A DNA stretch of 64,000 nucleotides. It comes from an uncultured Nitrospiraceae bacterium (GTDB taxonomy: Bacteria > Nitrospirota > Nitrospiria > Nitrospirales > Nitrospiraceae). The position numbers and the translations under genes are program-made. Shown piece by piece: positions 55,370 through 64,000 of this stretch. The notes beneath the pieces are model-generated. The model was given only the letters and a program-made list of their open reading frames with translations. It did no database searches and was not told the DNA's origin. Location: positions 480,001 to 544,000 of the forward strand of contig CAVPLT010000001.1 of the NCBI GenBank assembly GCA_963706325.1, written 5' to 3'. Numbering within the stretch: the first letter of the stretch is position 1; the number at the start of each line of letters is the position of its first letter.

Positions 55370-57523
55370 ATGGCTGTGAAAGTCACGGTCGGCCCTCCCG
55401 TCATTACCGTCAATCACGGCAGTACCTTCCTGGTATCTGAATTCGACGGTTCCATCACAGATGCCTCCGATCAAGGACTTTATGCGCGGGATACGCGCTA
55501 TGTGAGCTGCTATCAGCTCTATATCGACGGCGAACGCTGGACCGTTCTGAATTCCGGCGCCATCGCCTACTACGCCTTGCGAATCTACCTCGTTAATCCT
55601 ACGGTTCTGACGGAACATGGCGACATAGCAGCCGGAAGCCTTGGCCTCGTGTTGAGCCGCACGATCGGAGAGGCTCTTCACGAAGACATCGACATTCGGA
55701 ACTATAGTTCCAAGCGAGTGCGCTTCAACCTCGAAATCCTGATTCGCAATGACTTCGCCGACATTTTCGAAGTCAAATCCAAGGAGTTGACCCGCCGAGG
55801 CCACATCGAAACCGAGTGGGCCGTCGACAGGCAACAACTGACCAGCCGGTATGTCCATGGCGACTTTCACCGGGCGCTGATGATATCCCTCGAGGGATGC
55901 GACTCGAAGGCGCTTTACGGCAATGGACGCATCAACTTCGCACTCGATCTCGCGCCCGGCGCTGCATGGCATGCTTGCTGTAAATACCACATCAAGGAAG
56001 GCGACATTCTCCGCCGAGCCCCGGATGACTGTGCGCAGGCCTGTGAAGATTCCGGCACAGCTCAAAGCCTGGCGCAGTGGAAGCAGGTCACCACGCAGAT
56101 CACCAGCACGAACGAGGAGTTCTACCGGCTCTATCGGCAATCCGTCGAGGATATGGCGGCCCTTCGCCTCACTGCTGACGAGACGCATCCGAAAGAACTG
56201 CTCGCTGCCGCAGGCGTGCCCTGGTTCGTGAGTGTCTTCGGTCGCGACAGTCTCATTGTCAGCTTGCAAAACATGATGGTGCATCCGGATTTCGCGCGCG
56301 GGACGCTGAGGCGATTGGCCGATCTCCAGGCGACGGAGATGGATACCTATCGGGACGCAGAGCCGGGCAAGATGCCGCATGAACTCCGGATGGGCGAACT
56401 GGCCCATTTCAAACGTATCCCGCATACGCCCTATTACGGGACCGCCGATGCCACCATTCTCTATATCATCGCCTGGCACGAGGCCTGGAAATGGCTCGGG
56501 GATGACGGGCTTTTGTCTCGCTACGAACAGGTCGTCACACAGTGCTTACTGTGGATCGATCAATACGGAGATCGCGACGGAGACGGATTTCAGGAGTACC
56601 AGACACGTTCGAGCAAGGGCTACGAAAACATGGGATGGAAAGACGCCGGCGATGCCGTTGTCTATCCAGACGGATCGTTGGTGAAGGGACCGAAGGCCCT
56701 GTGCGAATTGCAGGGGTACGTCTTCGACGCGAAACGCCGGGTTGCCGACGTAGCGGAGTTTCTCGGCGATCCGGCCCTGGCCGCGAAGCTCAGACAAGAG
56801 GCGGCCGATCTTCAAGAACGGTTTGAAGAGCGGTTCTGGTGCGAAGACCTCGGTTTCTATGCCTACGCCCTGGACGGTGATAAGAAGCAGGTGAAGACGA
56901 TTGCATCCAACGCCGGCCATTTGCTCTGGAGCGGTATCGTCCGCCCAGACCGTGCGGAACAAGTGGTGCGACGATTGCGCGAACCAGACATGTGGAGTGG
57001 CTGGGGTATCCGAACGCTCTCCGCGTTGCATCCTGCCTACAACCCCTTTTCCTATCAGAACGGATCGGTGTGGCCACACGACAACGGTCTCATCGCCATG
57101 GGTTTCAAGCGATATGGATTTGCAGAGGAAGCGGCCCTGGTCGCCCGCGATATCAGCGAGGCCGGCAGTCATTTTCAGCTCAATCGCTTGCCGGAGCTCT
57201 ATGCCGGCATTGAACGAGGTCCGGGAACGTTTCCCGTGCAGTATCTCGGGGCGAATGTGCCGCAAGCCTGGGCGGCGGGCAGTGTGTTTCATCTACTCCG
57301 CGCGATACTTGGGCTCGATGCGGATGCGCCCAGAAAGAAACTCTACGTCGATCCCATGCTGCCGACCTGGTTGCCGGACCTTACTGTCCGTCAGCTTCAG
57401 GTGGGCAAGGCGACGGTCGACCTTCGATTTTGGAGAGAGGGTACGGATACCAGGCATGAAGTGCTCGACGTGCGGGGCGAGGTGCAAGTGGCTACCCGCG
57501 ACGCGTCACACATGAGTAAGTAA
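55370..57523 (+). CDS. Glycogen debranching / amylo-alpha-1,6-glucosidase family protein
   Basis: AGVPWFVSVFGRDS, EPGKMPHE, GWKDAGD, YQNGSVWPHDN, PQAWAA. Confidence 0.9.
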   Translation: MAVKVTVGPPVITVNHGSTFLVSEFDGSITDASDQGLYARDTRYVSCYQLYIDGERWTVLNSGAIAYYALRIYLVNPTVLTEHGDIAAGSLGLVLSRTIGEALHEDIDIRNYSSKRVRFNLEILIRNDFADIFEVKSKELTRRGHIETEWAVDRQQLTSRYVHGDFHRALMISLEGCDSKALYGNGRINFALDLAPGAAWHACCKYHIKEGDILRRAPDDCAQACEDSGTAQSLAQWKQVTTQITSTNEEFYRLYRQSVEDMAALRLTADETHPKELLAAAGVPWFVSVFGRDSLIVSLQNMMVHPDFARGTLRRLADLQATEMDTYRDAEPGKMPHELRMGELAHFKRIPHTPYYGTADATILYIIAWHEAWKWLGDDGLLSRYEQVVTQCLLWIDQYGDRDGDGFQEYQTRSSKGYENMGWKDAGDAVVYPDGSLVKGPKALCELQGYVFDAKRRVADVAEFLGDPALAAKLRQEAADLQERFEERFWCEDLGFYAYALDGDKKQVKTIASNAGHLLWSGIVRPDRAEQVVRRLREPDMWSGWGIRTLSALHPAYNPFSYQNGSVWPHDNGLIAMGFKRYGFAEEAALVARDISEAGSHFQLNRLPELYAGIERGPGTFPVQYLGANVPQAWAAGSVFHLLRAILGLDADAPRKKLYVDPMLPTWLPDLTVRQLQVGKATVDLRFWREGTDTRHEVLDVRGEVQVATRDASHMSK

Positions 57524-57584
57524 TCGAACGACGACCTGCGCATTTGCGTCGGGTGTTGCATGGATGTCACGAAGGAGGTTGTCC

Positions 57585-58064
57585 ATGTCAAGCAAGGTGA
57601 AAGCCATTCCGGAAGGTTATGAAGGCGCGACGCCGTATCTCATCATCAAGGATGCCGCTCGCGCCCTTGAGTTTTACAATAAGGCTTTCGGAGCAGCGGA
57701 GATCATGCGCATCCCGTCTCCAGGCGGAAAGGTGGGGCATGCTGAAATCAAGATTGGCGCCGCGACTCTCATGCTGGCCGACGAGTCCCCCGACATGAAT
57801 TGCAAAAGTCCCCAGTCGTTCGGCGGTACGCCTGTGAGCATCATGGTGTATGTCCAAGATGTGGACACGTTCGTCAAGCAAGCCGTATCGGTGGGCGCGA
57901 AAGTGCTGAGGCCGGTGGAGAATAAGTTTTACGGTGATCGCTCGGGCAGCCTCGAAGACCCCTTTGGGCACCAATGGCACTTTGCGACGCATGTAGAGGA
58001 TGTGCCGCCTGGCGAGATGACGAAACGCGCCGAGGCATTCTCAAAACAGCAAGGCGGCGCGTAA
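57585..58064 (+). CDS. VOC family protein (PhnB-like)
   Basis: TPYL, HAEIKIG, FYGDRSG, DPFGHQW. Confidence 0.9.
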   Translation: MSSKVKAIPEGYEGATPYLIIKDAARALEFYNKAFGAAEIMRIPSPGGKVGHAEIKIGAATLMLADESPDMNCKSPQSFGGTPVSIMVYVQDVDTFVKQAVSVGAKVLRPVENKFYGDRSGSLEDPFGHQWHFATHVEDVPPGEMTKRAEAFSKQQGGA

Positions 58065-58359
58065 GGCATTTGCCTACGGGAGAAGGACTGCCGATGGAGT
58101 CGACGTCGAAAGGTAAGTTTGTCTCTGACGATTCACCATTGCTTGGAGAACATGATTGTTCCATGATGCAGGAGAGTGACAGATTTCTCGCTGACTAGTA
58201 TGGCCTGCAGTGTGAACCAGAGGTGCGAGCGAAGACGTGCGGCTATGCCCGACTGAATTCCCGTCGCCGGCGCAAGAAGCCTGTTGATAGATGATGAGCG
58301 ACGAGGCGCGGTACTGCGTGGTGTGGTGGTGACGATGAACACTCATAGTGGAGGACAAG

Positions 58360-58785
58360 ATGAAACGGAATGCTTCGGCACAATGGCAGGGAGATCTCAA
58401 AACCGGCAAGGGTACGGTATCGACGGATAGCGGCGTTTTAACCGAGACACCGTATTCGTTCAGCACCAGATTCGAGAGTGGCAAGGGCACGAATCCGGAG
58501 GAGCTCATCGCCGCCGCTCATGCCGGCTGTTTCACGATGGCCCTTTCCGGGCAGTTGGGGGCAGCGAACTTAGTGGCCGAAGCTCTGGCTACCACCGCAA
58601 CCGTGACGATGGAAAAGCTGGAGGCGGGCTGGACGGTAACCGGCGTCCACTTGTCTGTCAAGGGAAAGGTACCCAAGGCCGATGCGGCTGCCTGGGACAA
58701 GGCGACGGCGGCGGCCAAGGCCGGTTGTCCCATTTCCAAACTGTTGAATACAACGATTACCATGGATGCGAGATTGGAGAACTAG
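58360..58785 (+). CDS. osmC: OsmC peroxiredoxin
   Basis: GTNPEELIAAAHAGCF and GCPISK (two catalytic Cys). Confidence 0.92.
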   Translation: MKRNASAQWQGDLKTGKGTVSTDSGVLTETPYSFSTRFESGKGTNPEELIAAAHAGCFTMALSGQLGAANLVAEALATTATVTMEKLEAGWTVTGVHLSVKGKVPKADAAAWDKATAAAKAGCPISKLLNTTITMDARLEN

Positions 58786-58790
58786 ACTTC

Positions 58791-59489
58791 ATGGGCCCCT
58801 CGCAGGATCTTGGGACTATGGCCTTTCTCTTCGATCTGGACGGCACACTAGTGGATAGTGTCTACCAGCATGTGCTGGCTTGGCGTGAGGCCACCCAGGC
58901 CGCAGGGATTGAATTGCCGGTGTGGAGGATTCACCGTCAAATCGGGATGAGCGGTGGCCTCATGTTACATGCGCTCTGGCGGGAAACCGGACGGCCGGTT
59001 TCAAAAGACGAAGCCGAACGTATACAGCTGGCCCATGCCGAGTCCTACGCCAGGCAGGCTGATTCGCTTCGAGTGTTGCCTGGGGCTCAGGAACTTCTGG
59101 ATTCGTTGGCCGCATCGCGCGTGCCGTTCGCTATCGCCACGAGCGGACGACTCAAGAGCGCGCAACACACCTTGAGGTTGCTCAAGCTGCCTCCCGGAAC
59201 TCCCGTGGTGACCCGCGATCAAGTGCGCCACGCCAAACCCGACCCTGATTTATTTCTGGCTGCTGCTGAACAACTTCATGTGCCGATCGCCAAGTGCATC
59301 GTCGTCGGGGACAGTGTTTGGGACCTGCTGGCTGCGCAGCGCGCTTCCACATTGGGCGTCGGGTTCCTGTCGGGCGGCTACGGGCGGGAGGAATTGGAAC
59401 GGGCCGGCGCTTATCGGACCTACAATGATCCAGCAGATCTCTTGCGTCATCTTGATGAATGCGGGGTCCGACCGGACCCGCTTGTGTAG
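58791..59489 (+). CDS. HAD family hydrolase
   Basis: FDLDGTLVDS, KPDPD, VGDSVWD. Confidence 0.9.
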   Translation: MGPSQDLGTMAFLFDLDGTLVDSVYQHVLAWREATQAAGIELPVWRIHRQIGMSGGLMLHALWRETGRPVSKDEAERIQLAHAESYARQADSLRVLPGAQELLDSLAASRVPFAIATSGRLKSAQHTLRLLKLPPGTPVVTRDQVRHAKPDPDLFLAAAEQLHVPIAKCIVVGDSVWDLLAAQRASTLGVGFLSGGYGREELERAGAYRTYNDPADLLRHLDECGVRPDPLV

Positions 59490-59507
59490 TTGAGGGTGGG
59501 GTACTTA

Positions 59508-60071
59508 ATGGTCGAGAAGACCGAGAAACATAAAATGTTGGCGGGCGAACTCTATCGCTCCGCCGATAGGGAATTACTCGCCGAACGACTCCAAGCGCAG
59601 CAAGTGCTGGTTCGATACAACGTCATGCCGCATGATGATCAGACGCTCCGCACAGCCCTGCTGCGGAATTTCCTGCAGACAGTCGGCGAGAATACGATGA
59701 TCTTGTCTCCCTTCGCCTGCGACTATGGATATAACATTCGCCTCGGGCGTAACGTGTTCATCAATTATCACTGTAACTTTCTGGACTGTGCTCTGATCGA
59801 CATCGGAGACGATGTGCAAATCGGTCCCGCCGTCCAGCTCTATACGGCTATGCATCCTCTCGATGCCGGCGTTCGCCGCTCCGGTCTGGAATCCGCGAGC
59901 TCGATCCGCATAGGGCACGATGTCTGGATCGGCGGCGGGGCGGTGGTACTGCCCGGTGTCACCATCGGGGACCGCAGCGTCGTTGGAGCGGGAAGCGTGG
60001 TCGTGCGTAGCGTCCCACCGGACAGCCTGGTGGTCGGTAATCCGGCCCGGATCGTGCGAACATTGGTTTGA
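59508..60071 (+). CDS. Sugar O-acetyltransferase (maltose O-acetyltransferase-like)
   Basis: KMLAGELY, CDYGYNI, hexapeptide repeats, GNPAR. Confidence 0.9.
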   Translation: MVEKTEKHKMLAGELYRSADRELLAERLQAQQVLVRYNVMPHDDQTLRTALLRNFLQTVGENTMILSPFACDYGYNIRLGRNVFINYHCNFLDCALIDIGDDVQIGPAVQLYTAMHPLDAGVRRSGLESASSIRIGHDVWIGGGAVVLPGVTIGDRSVVGAGSVVVRSVPPDSLVVGNPARIVRTLV

Positions 60072-60094
60072 AGGCGAACGGCGGAGGAGTACCT

Positions 60095-60700
60095 ATGGAG
60101 AAGCCGGCGGACGCAGCGCATCCCATTCATGACCTGTTACGCAGGCGCTGGAGCCCGCGCGCCTATTCCGAACGGCCGGTGGAGCCGGAAACACTGCGGA
60201 GTCTTCTGGAAGCGGCCAGGTGGGCGCCGTCCTCGAACAACGAGCAGCCCTGGCACTTCATCGTCGGGACAAAAGACGACCCATCCGCGCATGACCGTCT
60301 CTTTCAATGCCTCAAGGAAGGGAACAAGAAGTGGGCGTTTCGCGCGCCGGTGCTGATACTCTCGGTTGCGCGCCTGAATTTTGAGGACGAGGCCACACCG
60401 AACCGACATGCATGGCACGATACGGGCATGGCCGCGCTCAGTCTCACCTTGCAGGCGACGGCGCTCGGGTTGATTGCTCATCAGATGGCAGGGTTCGATG
60501 TAGACCGGGCGCGTGTCGACCTCGCAATTCCCCCTGGATTTGAACCGGTGGCCATGATTGCGGTGGGGTATTCCGGCGATCCGGCTGAGCTGCCGGCCTA
60601 TCTGCGCGAGCGCGAACTAAAACCGCGTGAACGGAAGTCCGTGACAGAGTTCCTCTCGACTGGCAGGTGGGGTGTCCCGCCGACCTGGTTTGCCAAATGA
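60095..60700 (+). CDS. Nitroreductase family protein
   Basis: RRWSPRA, ARWAPSSNNEQPW, HQMAGFD. Confidence 0.9.
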   Translation: MEKPADAAHPIHDLLRRRWSPRAYSERPVEPETLRSLLEAARWAPSSNNEQPWHFIVGTKDDPSAHDRLFQCLKEGNKKWAFRAPVLILSVARLNFEDEATPNRHAWHDTGMAALSLTLQATALGLIAHQMAGFDVDRARVDLAIPPGFEPVAMIAVGYSGDPAELPAYLRERELKPRERKSVTEFLSTGRWGVPPTWFAK

Positions 60701-61065
60701 TTCACTTCACTCAGTTCCGATGGTTGCGCATCACCTCATTATCGCAGGGCTGAGTTCATCACTCACCCGTTCAATCCAACCGTGTGGTCCTCCCGCCTCG
60801 GGAAGTCGCAGACCGGCTTTGGTTGCTGTTCCTCCGCCACTCCGATAATCGGTAAACCCACATCCATCACGGCGATACCGTTCTGTCGAAGATTGTCCCC
60901 TCATCGGTGGTGATCCAGAGCCAGTTCTCTGGCGTCGCTCGCATCTGCTGAATGACCTTATCCAGAGTGTGGGAGATTGCCGTTGGATCTCTGCTCTGGT
61001 GAATTGATACAGTGGTTCGTAGAAGAAGTTGGTGGTGTGCCGTGGAAAGGGAATGAAGGACGGAG

Positions 61066-61797
61066 ATGGGTTCGCTGACAGGTAAAATCGCGCTCGTGAC
61101 CGGTGCGTCCAGCGGCATTGGACGAGCCATCGCGGAACGACTGGCCCAGGAGGGTGCGGCGGTGGCGGTGAACTATCGTGTGAATGCAGAAAAGGCGCGG
61201 GCTGTCGCCGAGAGCATTGTGGCCAACGGTGGAACGGCCCTGGCAATGCAGGCCGACATGAGTCGGGTGGCTGAGGCGCAACGCTTAGTGCAGGACACGG
61301 TGAACCAGTTTCATCACCTGGATATTCTCATCAACAATGCCGGCCGGTTCCTACCAAAATCAATGGAAGACACGACGGAAGCAGACTTCGACGCCATTAT
61401 CGCGCTGAATGCCAAGGGACCCTACTTTGCCATGCAGGCAGCGGCTAGAGTTCTCCGCGATGGAGGCCGGATCATCAATATCTCCACCGCTCTCACCCAT
61501 CTGAATTTTCCTGGTGCGACGGCGCACTTGGGAAGCAAGGCGGCGCTGGAACAGTATGGTAAGGGGCTCGCGCAAGAACTGGCGCCTCGCGGTATTACCG
61601 TCAATACGGTGTTGCCGGGATTTACCGATACCGGAGCGTTGACTGAGCACATCCGCCACGTGGGCATCCAGATGTCGCCATTGAAACGGCTGGGTCTCCC
61701 AACGGACATTGCCGATGTGGTGGCATTTCTCGTGAGCGAGCAGGCCCGGTGGTTGACGGGTCAAATAATTCATGCCGGCGGTGGCGTCGTCATGTGA
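61066..61797 (+). CDS. Short-chain dehydrogenase/reductase (catalytic Tyr position is His)
   Basis: TGASSGIG, NNAG, HLGSK, PGFTDT. Confidence 0.88.
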   Translation: MGSLTGKIALVTGASSGIGRAIAERLAQEGAAVAVNYRVNAEKARAVAESIVANGGTALAMQADMSRVAEAQRLVQDTVNQFHHLDILINNAGRFLPKSMEDTTEADFDAIIALNAKGPYFAMQAAARVLRDGGRIINISTALTHLNFPGATAHLGSKAALEQYGKGLAQELAPRGITVNTVLPGFTDTGALTEHIRHVGIQMSPLKRLGLPTDIADVVAFLVSEQARWLTGQIIHAGGGVVM

Positions 61798-61814
61798 CGG
61801 CAATAGGAGGATCG

Positions 61815-62216
61815 ATGACAAGGCGCAACATTTCGACCGGTGGACCGTGGGAAGGGAAGATCGGCTATTCGCGAGCAGTGCGAGTCGGCCAATTCGTGCA
61901 GGTTTCCGGAACGACGGCCATGACGCCGGCTGGACTTGTCGGCAAAGGGGATCCCTATGCGCAGACCATTCAAGCCTTGAAGACGATTGACGCGGCCTTG
62001 GTGCAGGCCGGCGCGTCCATGTCGGACGTGGTTCGAACACGCATTTATATGGCGAACATCGATCAATGGCAGGAAGTTGGGCGGGCACATGGAGAAATCT
62101 TTGGTTCGATCAGACCGGCCACGACCATGGTGGAGGTGAAACGGTTGATCGATCCGGACATGCTGGTTGAAATCGAGGCCGATGCCATCGCGGCTGAGGC
62201 GACCCCTCACACATAA
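61815..62216 (+). CDS. RidA/YjgF family protein
   Basis: IGYSRAVR, VSGTT, RPATTMVEV, VEIEADA. Confidence 0.9.
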   Translation: MTRRNISTGGPWEGKIGYSRAVRVGQFVQVSGTTAMTPAGLVGKGDPYAQTIQALKTIDAALVQAGASMSDVVRTRIYMANIDQWQEVGRAHGEIFGSIRPATTMVEVKRLIDPDMLVEIEADAIAAEATPHT

Positions 62217-62234
62217 GCGAGCGTGTTTTCGCAG

Positions 62235-62912
62235 ATGAGCAGCCATTCGCCAGAAGTCAGGCACCTATCCAAGGCCGATCCGATCATGAAGCGCGTGATC
62301 GTCGAGATCGGGCCCTATGCGCTCGCGCTTCGGGCCGGGCGGACGCCGTTTGAAGCACTGGCGCGCGCCATTGCTCATCAGCAACTTCATGGCAAGGCGG
62401 CGGAAAGCATTCTGAAGCGCTTCGTCGCCCTCTTTCCCGGACAACGGTTCCCTCGGCCGGTTGACCTGCTGGCCACCACCGCGGAATCGATTCGAAGCGC
62501 CGGCTTTTCTCTGGCCAAGATTGCCGCCCTCCGTGATTTGGCGGCGAAGGCAGTGGATGGAACGGTACCGACATCCCGGGCGATCCAATCGCTCGACGAC
62601 GAGGCCATTATCGAACGGCTGGTCCAGGTGCGGGGCGTCGGACGGTGGACGGTCGAAATGCTGTTGATCTTCCATCTGGGGCGCCCTGACGTATTGCCCG
62701 TCGATGACTTTGGGGTACGCAATGGTTTCCGTCTAGCATATGGCCTTGACGAAATGCCCAGTCCCAAAGAAGTCTGGCGTCACGGTGAGCGTTGGAAGCC
62801 CTTTCGCACCGCGGCCGCATGGTATCTCTGGCGTGCCTCTGAAGCCGCAAAGGTGATTCGTCTGGCGGATTCGGTGGTGAAGGAGTCGGCGAAGCGAGGA
62901 TCCGATGGCTGA
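62235..62912 (+). CDS. DNA-3-methyladenine glycosylase II (AlkA/HhH-GPD family)
   Basis: IAHQQL, VRGVGRWTVEM, LPVDDFGVR, WKPFRT. Confidence 0.9.
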   Translation: MSSHSPEVRHLSKADPIMKRVIVEIGPYALALRAGRTPFEALARAIAHQQLHGKAAESILKRFVALFPGQRFPRPVDLLATTAESIRSAGFSLAKIAALRDLAAKAVDGTVPTSRAIQSLDDEAIIERLVQVRGVGRWTVEMLLIFHLGRPDVLPVDDFGVRNGFRLAYGLDEMPSPKEVWRHGERWKPFRTAAAWYLWRASEAAKVIRLADSVVKESAKRGSDG

Positions 62913-63798
62913 TCCGCACAAACGTTTGGACACGAATCGCCCGGGAGATTTCTATGTCGACACCACCTGCATCAATTGCGACGCCTGCCGTCAATTGGCT
63001 CCGGCGAGTTTTGAAGAGGTCGGAGAGTATTCGGCGGTGGTTCACCAACCGGTCGGCAATACGGAGAGGCGTCAGGCCTATCGCGCGTTACTCGCCTGCC
63101 CCACCGGCTCCATTGGGACCGAACAGAATGACGCGGCATTACTCAGCGAAGCCAAGGCGGATTTTCCTCTCCCGGTGGAAGACGAGGTGTACTACTGCGG
63201 GTTTAACTCGGAAAAGTCATTCGGCGCCAACAGCTTTTTCATCCGGCATCCGGGCGGTAATTGGTTGATAGACTCGCCGCGTTATCTCAAGCATCTGGTC
63301 GATTCGTTTGCAGGAATGGGCGGAGTTGCGCAGATCTTTCTCACGCATGAGGACGACGTCGCGGATGCGGCCCGCTATGCGAAACGATTCGGCGCGAGGC
63401 GGATCATTCATCGCCGTGATGTCCATGCCATGCCGGATGCGGAAGAGGTCATGGAAGGAACTTCGGCCTGTCATTTCTCTCCTGAGTTCACGATCATTCC
63501 GGTTCCGGGCCATACGGCGGGTAGTATGTGTCTTCTCTACCGGGACCGGTATTTGTTCACCGGGGATCATCTCTGGTGGGATCCCGAACATCTCCAGCTG
63601 GATTCACCGCGGCAATTGGTGTGGGATGCCGAGGCTCTGGGTCAGTCCATTGCGGCTCTCATGGGGTACCCATTTGAATGGGTGTTGCCGGGTCATGGTA
63701 GCCGCGTGCATCTCCCTCGCAGTCACATGCAGGCTGCTTTGCGCCACTTGGTTCACCGGCGACAACAAGGCGGAGTCCATGAGCATCCTGCTGGCTAG
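62905..63798 (+). CDS. Ferredoxin-fused metallo-beta-lactamase-fold protein
   Basis: CINCDAC...CPTGSI; LTHEDDVAD, PGHTAGS, FTGDH, LPGHG. Confidence 0.88.
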   Translation: MADPHKRLDTNRPGDFYVDTTCINCDACRQLAPASFEEVGEYSAVVHQPVGNTERRQAYRALLACPTGSIGTEQNDAALLSEAKADFPLPVEDEVYYCGFNSEKSFGANSFFIRHPGGNWLIDSPRYLKHLVDSFAGMGGVAQIFLTHEDDVADAARYAKRFGARRIIHRRDVHAMPDAEEVMEGTSACHFSPEFTIIPVPGHTAGSMCLLYRDRYLFTGDHLWWDPEHLQLDSPRQLVWDAEALGQSIAALMGYPFEWVLPGHGSRVHLPRSHMQAALRHLVHRRQQGGVHEHPAG

Positions 63799-63983
63799 CG
63801 CTTGTACCGGTCCTCGTGATCGCTCTCTGTATGGCCGGCGCTGAATCGCCTTCTGCCGACCGAGATCAGGCATTGTCTGTGGCGGCAGTGCGCACCGATG
63901 TCGCCCTCGCCCTGCGAGTGCTGGTTGGAAGGGACGGCGAGGGCTCGCAGCAGATCACCGCCCCAACTGAATTTCCCATATAG
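63779..63983 (+). CDS. Probable small exported protein with +1 frameshift near 63794
   Basis: GGAG RBS; removing one G gives MSILLLALVPVLVIALCMAGAESPSA...FPI*. Confidence 0.4.
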
Positions 63984-64000
63984 GATTACGGCATACCGGA

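Noticed and set aside
55166..56479. 437-aa minus-strand ORF
   Set aside because: Antisense shadow of the debranching-enzyme gene
58093..58198. 34-aa small ORF with an RBS-like sequence
   Set aside because: No motif or other support

Overview
Bacterial chromosomal window (about 60% GC) spanning the replication origin. Gene content and the intergenic repeat style suggest a Nitrospira-like nitrifier (inference). Genes run mostly on the minus strand before about 37 kb and on the plus strand after about 39 kb. The core is hisS - dsrE/F/H-like triad - oriC - dnaA - dnaN - gyrB - gyrA - (dciA) - smpB. The left arm holds housekeeping and accessory genes (msrA, tldD/pmbA, ettA, selO, ilvA, tandem-domain thyX), a four-gene DAB-type inorganic-carbon pump operon and a small higBA/mrr islet. 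The right arm is a co-oriented cluster of about 15 kb of redox/electrophile-stress genes. Best leads: (1) a structured leader with mutually exclusive stem/terminator folds directly before the DAB operon (riboswitch-like); (2) the DAB operon has an extra NuoM-like subunit lacking the pumping lysines, plus a PII-like gene; (3) a sulfur-relay-like dsrEFH triad lies between two DnaA-box clusters, one with an exact IHF consensus site; (4) a leader-peptide attenuator before ilvA with Met/Ala/Ser-rich codons; (5) two diverged copies of a gene 3' end marking an insertion hotspot. Single-base indels, including two in essential gyrB and many in the DAB operon, point to uncorrected long-read errors, so broken frames should not be read as pseudogenes without checking the reads. 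No rRNA, tRNA, tmRNA or CRISPR array was seen.
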